Below, piece by piece: positions 16,901 through 21,574 of a DNA stretch of 21,574 bases; the first letter of the stretch is position 1; each line of letters opens with the position of its first letter. Source of the DNA: a bacterium (GTDB lineage Bacteria; Zhuqueibacterota; Zhuqueibacteria; Oceanimicrobiales; Oceanimicrobiaceae); the NCBI GenBank assembly GCA_046757165.1, contig JBHHXT010000070.1:1-21574 (forward strand), written 5' to 3'. The notes beneath the pieces were generated by a model, which was given only the letters and a program-made list of their open reading frames with translations, had not been told where the DNA came from and searched no databases. A program made the translations under genes and the position numbers.

Positions 16901-18696
16901 TTCGGGCTGCTGCCACTCGGCAGCAGCTCAAACAGATAACAAGACTTGCGTGCCAGGTCCTCGACATCAATCCATCCGCTATCAAAAAACCTGACTCCGA
17001 AGTCATCGGGATCATCGGAATCAAACAAATCCACCGAGTGGCGGGCTGCCTGAAACCGCAGCGAATCCGTATCCCGGAATCCGACGCAATTCGAATCGCT
17101 CAGCGGATCCTGAATGCATATTTCGTTTGCAAGCCCTTTGCTAAAGCGAACGCCAGATAGGCTTTCGAACGTGAACCACTGTGTTGGAATCGGCTTGCAG
17201 TGTCCGTTCAAATCGATGACGATAGGCGCCGATTCCACGCCCTCAGCAATATTGCCGACCGCGTCGATGGTCGAGATCTTGTACTTGAAGGTGTTTAGAT
17301 CGTTCTCGGGCCCAAGGAAGTCCGCATAATCGATCCAGTTCGTGGCGAGATAGGGCAAGACTGCATCTGCAGGGAGCACGAAGACCACATACATCTTCGG
17401 TCGCTTGCGCTTGATGCCAATCCCCCTGGCAAAATTTCCGCCCAATGTTATCTTTCCTGCCGAAAAGATGCTCTTGCTTTTGAACAGACGCAGCTTGCCA
17501 TTCATCATTTCGATCTTCTGAGTGGTCTGCTCAAAGTCCGCTGCCAGCCAATCCGGCGCCGAGGTATTGCGGCTGTCGAAATCGAAGGCCACGAACAGCC
17601 AGGCGTCTGCTTCCAGCGTGAACGACAGAAACTCGTCGCTCTCGTTCCATCGGTCTTGAATCGCCGTTTTGATGAGCGCAGCCTGCTCCAGCTCAGCCGG
17701 CATGAGCTCGATCTTGAACTCACTTCCTATCTGACCGGAGAAAAGCGAATCGCCGCTGTCAACGTACAGGTCCTGCCCCTCCGTCGCCCGAACCGGATAG
17801 TAATTCGGTGGCTGGATGCTGCTGACCGGGAAAAACGGGATGGTGTCGACGGGAGCAAACCGCGTGTTGGTGTTTACCTGTCTGCGATAAACGATGTATC
17901 GCTCGATCAAGCTCACCTCATCCTGGAGATAAGGCCAGCGCAAATTGACGGCACCTTCCCGGCTGACCCAAAACTGACTAATCCGGGTAATCGGTGGCGG
18001 CGACTGATCTTGCACCGAATAGACGAAATTCGAACGTAACGTCAGACCGGACGGTGTTTCAGCCTCAAGATAATAACCGAAGCGCTCGCCTTCAGGGAGA
18101 TCTTCGAACACACGGCACGAATCCAGATCAGTCAGAAGCCGCAGGGGAGTAGGAGCGCCTGCGCCAGGTTGGCCCTGGGTTCGCATATCATTGAACCGGA
18201 TTAGCTCATATCTAAACTCATCTTCAAACGGCTGCCAGCACACGAGGTTGGAGCTCCCTCTGGAATAGGGCGGCTCTGGCAGCACCTTGGGAATGATATG
18301 AATCCTGACTTTTCGGCTTCTTTCATCGATCAGTTCTCCATTGTTCGACAACTTTGCATACACATCGAAAGAGTAGTCGCCGTAGTCCAGGCTCGTCGGT
18401 ATGACAACCAGCGTATCGACGAGCTGACACCCCCGGCGGCACACGACCTTTTTCGAATCCCACCCGAGGACAAAGGAGGGTTTTACCCCCGTAATTCTTA
18501 GTTCTAGCGTCCCGACGCCTTGAGCTTCGGCCGAGACCACAATTCGCGTGGCTTCGTTTGGCCGAAGGTGGGCGTTTAGATCGCCAACTAAGCTAAAGCG
18601 AACGATTTCGTTAGTTTGGCCGGGAAAAAGCTGGGTCGGAATGATACCAAGCAGGATGGCGGCAAGAACCCCCCTCAGGTGTCGATGTCGGATCAT
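13978..18696 (-). CDS. Large secreted Cys-rich multi-FN3 surface protein with a T9SS type-A-like/FlgD-Ig C-terminal sorting domain (1572 aa)
   Basis: AGGA SD plus ATG; signal peptide; many FN3-like repeats (e.g. YFYRIRAKDVFGNTSVWS, YGFNVIAIDSLGQHS); C-terminus FALQQNYPNPFNPSTTIRY...IFNIAGQRIRTLV...WNGRDDRGNIVGSGVYFYRI...SQKMILVK. Confidence 0.88.
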   Translation of the reverse strand: MIRHRHLRGVLAAILLGIIPTQLFPGQTNEIVRFSLVGDLNAHLRPNEATRIVVSAEAQGVGTLELRITGVKPSFVLGWDSKKVVCRRGCQLVDTLVVIPTSLDYGDYSFDVYAKLSNNGELIDERSRKVRIHIIPKVLPEPPYSRGSSNLVCWQPFEDEFRYELIRFNDMRTQGQPGAGAPTPLRLLTDLDSCRVFEDLPEGERFGYYLEAETPSGLTLRSNFVYSVQDQSPPPITRISQFWVSREGAVNLRWPYLQDEVSLIERYIVYRRQVNTNTRFAPVDTIPFFPVSSIQPPNYYPVRATEGQDLYVDSGDSLFSGQIGSEFKIELMPAELEQAALIKTAIQDRWNESDEFLSFTLEADAWLFVAFDFDSRNTSAPDWLAADFEQTTQKIEMMNGKLRLFKSKSIFSAGKITLGGNFARGIGIKRKRPKMYVVFVLPADAVLPYLATNWIDYADFLGPENDLNTFKYKISTIDAVGNIAEGVESAPIVIDLNGHCKPIPTQWFTFESLSGVRFSKGLANEICIQDPLSDSNCVGFRDTDSLRFQAARHSVDLFDSDDPDDFGVRFFDSGWIDVEDLARKSCYLFELLPSGSSPNFVNGQQYFYRIRAKDVFGNTSVWSQVVDAIPDAFPPDDVASLSVESIRFDNGNKGCNQLSWSGATDLVSGVKSFIIYRKDEGADEGFSAIDTVDGSQASYCDSLSNFRANKIVLYKVGSVDNVSNIRSADNSSHQARIRALIGPTIQYDTTQIMTCPAGPTRITSDSITVFWQEFNNTDISGYEVEVRKPDSSKESKILFDTQVTEVTCPLDAGDGVYDIRVRAFYANRDTTIFSNTITIRRKVTLQGVQNLTAAQDSKPSGDIMLSWSHPDMMEIERFEVFTWKEGEAPPDAPKAVLPGHVTQWVHDFEQDNLVGYQCNFYMVRAWDCFGLVSSDDTVVSQYSNHPPTIVESRVYDDSIAVCWTRPTPRVKEDDMFQTIVLVYQDSVSPQPIDSATTFNSTCYTLISPEPKHNYFFTVKEIILDDLGQACSDIFESGWSGTIIVPFKNLPPPVSFEVQALPVHPDSATGRVFVAWLDTLDAVDTFLIKYATDDFAPVADSFHVQATDTILVQGLDISKTYGFNVIAIDSLGQHSPTGDTKTASFSPRWVFTPNIVKFTPQCFRDSVTIEWAWVDDNLVPGDESFGADSVIVQLSIDANFEPMVSERRLSLSRSYTFERDADYNFVNDQNVRLYARIRAKDPWGHISPWSTEYPELGSLAGNYDEIPPLVATCVVDSVKAPLFGGPGKVDVHISWQDVNDNCSGVWFYQIARDDSVIAADTSRASVHTFVDRNIATDETFLGLEWRIYGVDSVGNRQQLSNGCTVPHTVSAPDSGWCLNDTTVCWQAAHGSVEDLDIFYFVEGARFASLFGNALTNETAGPLDTLCYNFTVPWDGIFWRVKARAGEIESAWSDTFFCDLTGNGLLTTFGVASMGLLPLQFALQQNYPNPFNPSTTIRYAIPVLETGVARVVIEIFNIAGQRIRTLVDEEKPPSHYSVVWNGRDDRGNIVGSGVYFYRIRVHDFIASQKMILVK

Positions 18697-18997
18697 GGCT
18701 GTTTCCTATGCACGCTGTCAACAAAGTGCACACTCCCCCTGTTTAGTTAGAAGCAAACGTGTCCAATAGATGCGAATTACGTTCATTCCAGTCCATAGCC
18801 ACAAACCTCAGGCCTCCCCCACCTTGAGTGTCTTAACAAAACAGTCAGAGAATAATATTACCGACCTCACAAAGATTTAGATAAAGCAACTCTGCCCGCC
18901 ATTCCAGTAATATCTCATCTGGCCATTTCTTGGCGGGAAGACAGACTTTTTGAAGAATATACCCTGGTTGAGACAGTTTGGTCTAAAAACGAGAATC

Positions 18998-19026
18998 AAT
19001 ATATAACTATTACGCAATATAGTCAA
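18998..19026 (-). promoter_or_regulatory. Near-consensus sigma70 promoter for the eight-gene envelope operon (TTGACT-N17-TATATT)
   Basis: -35 at 19021-19026 and -10 at 18998-19003, each 5/6 to consensus, with an optimal 17-nt spacer. This predicts a TSS near 18991 and a leader of about 295 nt. Confidence 0.7.
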
Positions 19027-19226
19027 GACTTTTCTAAAATAATTGCGTTATTCGTCATAGTTATTCACAACCATTTCGGCTTACTCAGTCAGATCTTCCC
19101 CAGGAGAATGAACTAAGTTTTTTATATGCAAATAATTAACTTTAGAATTCCGCAAAGGGACTTCCGTCAAAAAAAACTATCTTCAACTTCTAATATTTGA
19201 CGTCATAGCAACTTTGATTGCGGAAT
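19009..19226. promoter_or_regulatory. Four copies of a quasi-palindromic WTTGCGKWAT motif (candidate transcription-factor sites)
   Basis: ATTGCGTAAT (-, 19009-19018, in the promoter spacer), ATTGCGTTAT (+, 19042-19051), TTTGCGGAAT (-, 19147-19156), ATTGCGGAAT (+, 19217-19226). Confidence 0.45.
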
Positions 19227-19438
19227 CTTAACAGGACCGGGTTTTGGGTTTGGCATAGCGTGAAAGGTAATTCTGGTAGGTGTCCTTCAAATATTATGCC
19301 GGGCATGGGTTTACGCACGAGTTATTGCCCGTTTTGGTACAACCGAGAATCTTGATGAAAAGGCTCGTCATCGTCTTCTGTGCAATTCTTTCCCAGCCTC
19401 CGTGCAGATTATGCACAGTAACCTGTCTCCGTCATTTT

Positions 19439-20491
19439 CTAATCGTGGTCCACATTCTGTAGAATTTCTCGCAATGTTCGTACTTGACTGTCGTTGCCAA
19501 GAACAATCAAAACGTCACCGGATTCAACCACCGTGTCGGCTGAAGGGTTGATTCGTATGGGCTGTCCTTCGCGATGATAGGCGATGACGAGGGTACCCGC
19601 CCGCCCCCTGATGTGCAAATCCCGAATCGATTTCCCGATAAACGAACTGCCAGCGCTGATATCGATTTCCTCCAGGCGCAAGGCCAGCTCCTGGTTGCCT
19701 GTGACCACATCGAGAAAATTGACGACTTTTGGGCGCAGCAAGACAGAGGCCATTCTGCGGCCACCGATTTCCGCGGAGCTGATCACCTTGGTCGCCCCTG
19801 CCCGCAGCAGCTTCGCCACCGTCGCTTCATCCGCGGCCTTAGCGACCAGGATTAGATTGGGATTGAACCCCCGCGCCGTGAGCGTAACAAAGACATTCTG
19901 TGAATCTTCGTGTACGGCCGCGATCAAAGCTTTTGCCTTTGTCACGCCGGCTTTGAGCAGAACATCATCGTCCGTGGCGTCGCCCAGAACCACCAGTTTA
20001 CCTTCGTTTTGCAGCTTCTCCACCAGAGCTGGAGCCCGCTCGATGATCACGACTGCCGCTCCGCTCCGTCGCAGCTCCTCGGCTGCATGGCGGCCTTCAC
20101 TGCCGTAGCCGCAAATGATGATGTGGTCCTTGATTGTTTGAAGAATCTTCTCCATCTTTCTGGCCCTGACTAATTCTTTTAACTGCCCTTCGAGAAAAAA
20201 AGCTGAAAGGTTTCCTAAGGCATAGCCGACCGTACCGAACCCCACGACGATCAAGACAAGGGTAAACGCACGCCCGGCCTCTGAAAGCGGCCGAACTTCC
20301 TGAAATCCAACGGTTGAAAGCGTGATGATAGTCATGTAGAGCGCCTCGCCAAATCGCCACCCCTCGAAGTAGACGTAGCCGAAGCTCCCGGCGACCAAAA
20401 GCGCCAGCAAAAACCCCACAGTGTACCCCATCCGCCTGGACGGGGTCAGGGGAGTGCTCAAGGTGAACTGCGTGTGACCCGCTTCAGACAT
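19439..20491 (-). CDS. Two-TM potassium channel protein with RCK (TrkA_N + TrkA_C) domains
   Basis: Pore helix and filter ALYMTIITLSTVGFQEV; Rossmann HIIICGYGSEG; GDATDDDVLLKAG; C-terminal TrkA_C (GKSIRDLHIR...INPSADTVVESGDVLIVLG). ATG 20491 has GGAG upstream; GTG 20509 is an alternative start. Confidence 0.9.
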   Translation of the reverse strand: MSEAGHTQFTLSTPLTPSRRMGYTVGFLLALLVAGSFGYVYFEGWRFGEALYMTIITLSTVGFQEVRPLSEAGRAFTLVLIVVGFGTVGYALGNLSAFFLEGQLKELVRARKMEKILQTIKDHIIICGYGSEGRHAAEELRRSGAAVVIIERAPALVEKLQNEGKLVVLGDATDDDVLLKAGVTKAKALIAAVHEDSQNVFVTLTARGFNPNLILVAKAADEATVAKLLRAGATKVISSAEIGGRRMASVLLRPKVVNFLDVVTGNQELALRLEEIDISAGSSFIGKSIRDLHIRGRAGTLVIAYHREGQPIRINPSADTVVESGDVLIVLGNDSQVRTLREILQNVDHD

Positions 20492-20549
20492 TTTGCTCCA
20501 GCTCTTCACTAGAAACGTCGTCCTGCAGGTAAAAAGAGTTTAGCTTTCT

Positions 20550-21353
20550 CTACGTGGCATCGGGTGTCTTGACCCCCGGCCGACTCAGGCGTGCCAGTTT
20601 ACAGGCGAGCCAGTGATAAGCGGGCACCGGCAACAGACGCACAAGCCGAAAGAGTACGCCCATTCGACGCGGAAAGATCAGCATGCGCTTGCGCTCAGCG
20701 ACGGCCTTTATCATGAGCTGTGCGGCACGCTCAGGTGTCTGCAGCCAGAAACGGTTGGGATTCTTCTCGTTGATAGGGGTATCGACAAAGCCGGGATGGA
20801 TGATGGTGAATTGAATATGCGGCAGCTCCGCTGCCTGGCTCAACAGGTAATACTCCAGGGCAACCTTGGTTAAACTGTAGACCCCGCGCCCGGGCAGCCC
20901 CCGCATCGCTGCCGCCGAACCGATGCCCACAATGGTGCCGGCGGTTTGCGGCACCATCACTTCCAGACAAGCCCGGGCGGTGTAGATTGCGCCCTTCAGG
21001 TTGGTATCGACCATGGTCTCGAAGCCCTCCCAACTCCAATTTTGAAATGAAGAATCAAAGCTCACGCCGCTATTGATCCAGGCGACATCCAGATGCCCCA
21101 CGTGACGATGGAAGTCCTGAACCGCGTGTCCGACTTGCTCGCGGTTGCGAACATCACAAGATCTCATCCAGAATGTGCTACCCGTGCCGCTCAGATGGTC
21201 GGCCAGTTCTCTCAGCTTCTCCTCGCGCCGGCTCAACAGACCAAAGTGTATCTTGAAAGGAGCCAGGGCACGCGTCAGGGCCCACCCCAGCCCGGAAGAA
21301 GCGCCCGTGATCAAAACCGCCTTGTTTCGCCAATAAGAATTCACTCGACTCAC
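20550..21353 (-). CDS. SDR family NAD(P)-dependent oxidoreductase
   Basis: TGASSGLG cofactor motif, INSG (NAG-like), catalytic YSLTK and PGFVDT; GTG start with a GGAGG SD. Confidence 0.92.
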   Translation of the reverse strand: MSRVNSYWRNKAVLITGASSGLGWALTRALAPFKIHFGLLSRREEKLRELADHLSGTGSTFWMRSCDVRNREQVGHAVQDFHRHVGHLDVAWINSGVSFDSSFQNWSWEGFETMVDTNLKGAIYTARACLEVMVPQTAGTIVGIGSAAAMRGLPGRGVYSLTKVALEYYLLSQAAELPHIQFTIIHPGFVDTPINEKNPNRFWLQTPERAAQLMIKAVAERKRMLIFPRRMGVLFRLVRLLPVPAYHWLACKLARLSRPGVKTPDAT

Positions 21354-21403
21354 CCGATAACCTCCATTGCTCTATGTGCTACAAACCGACAACATTTTTT
21401 TGG

Positions 21404-21480
21404 CAAATCCAAAAAACAAAAACCCAATCCCCAAATAAATCCCAAATGACAAACAAAACAATAAATTCCAAACAGTCAAA
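21404..21480. repeat. Strand-biased A/C-rich degenerate ~7-nt repeat tract (AAATCCA/AAAAACA/AAAACCC/AATCCCC/AAATCCC/AAATGAC/AAATTCC)
   Basis: Nearly G-free plus-strand tract with recurring (C)AAAT(C/T)CC units upstream of the SDR gene. Confidence 0.5.
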
Positions 21481-21514
21481 TTCGGTGTTTGGTTTTTAAG
21501 ATAGAATCCCCCTT

Positions 21515-21542
21515 AAAGTAAAAAAGTATTAGGAAGAATCAA
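21515..21542 (-). promoter_or_regulatory. Possible promoter for the SDR-K+ channel pair (TTGATT-N16-TACTTT)
   Basis: Same hexamers as the predicted ADH promoter, with a 16-nt spacer. The AT-rich context makes a chance match plausible. Confidence 0.3.
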
Positions 21543-21574
21543 CCAAAAGTCGCAAAGAGCGGCTGCTTCGATAC

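Noticed and set aside
18694..18707. AGGAAACAGCCATG at the start of the 1572-aa gene resembles the lacZ RBS / M13-reverse site (AGGAAACAGCTATG)
   Set aside because: It is a 14-nt match with one mismatch, there is no lac operator or other vector sequence around it, and it works as the native SD and start. Treated as coincidence, not vector contamination.
19250..19317. TGGCAT/GGGCAT sequences as sigma54 -24 elements
   Set aside because: No GC at the required -12 spacing.
18697..19438. CRISPR array, tRNA or known riboswitch in the long intergenic region
   Set aside because: No regularly spaced direct repeats, no cloverleaf or T-loop motif, and no riboswitch consensus that I can recognise by eye. 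An Rfam scan would be needed to exclude these fully.
19280..19462. 60-aa plus-strand ORF in the intergenic region
   Set aside because: GTG start, no recognisable domain, and it overlaps the K+ channel stop. It cannot be supported from sequence alone.
21398..21413. TTTGGCAAATCCAAA as another copy of the GbsR-type operator
   Set aside because: The spacer is 7 nt rather than 8, the core differs, and it lies within a low-complexity tract.
190..21449. Many plus-strand and alternate-frame ORFs (e.g. 3194..3886, 5952..6536, 10987..11811, 14719..15471, 19584..20108, 21093..21449)
   Set aside because: They lie antisense to or inside well-supported genes and show no recognisable motifs, as expected for shadow ORFs in moderately GC-rich coding DNA.

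Overview
Bacterial genomic DNA with 12 credible CDSs, all on the minus strand. The source is probably an FCB-group lineage outside Bacteroidota, such as KSB1 or Calditrichota. This is inferred from YPNPFNP/FlgD-Ig-type C-terminal domains and a PorV-family barrel occurring with sigma70-type promoters and Shine-Dalgarno sites. In transcription order (right to left) the window holds an SDR oxidoreductase, an RCK-gated K+ channel and a ~740-bp AT-rich regulatory region. A tightly packed 16.6-kb eight-gene cell-envelope operon (18696->2120) follows. It encodes two large Cys-rich FN3/Ig proteins with T9SS-like C-terminal sorting domains, a PorV-family beta-barrel fused to a TPR-like region, an enlarged ExbB/TolQ with an N-terminal FN3-like domain, two ExbD/TolR proteins, a short TonB-C-like protein and a large TPR + beta-sandwich + NHL-propeller protein. 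The operon has no TonB-dependent receptor. It is the best candidate here for an undescribed system: a proton-motor-energised surface-protein export, display or motility machine that mixes T9SS parts with an ExbBD/AglRQS-like motor. Last come a GbsR/MarR regulator and a Zn-dependent alcohol dehydrogenase, whose predicted promoters share a palindromic operator (TTTGAAAGTWTCCAAACG). No rRNA, tRNA, CRISPR array or mobile element was seen. All family calls come from motif recognition by eye; no database search was run.
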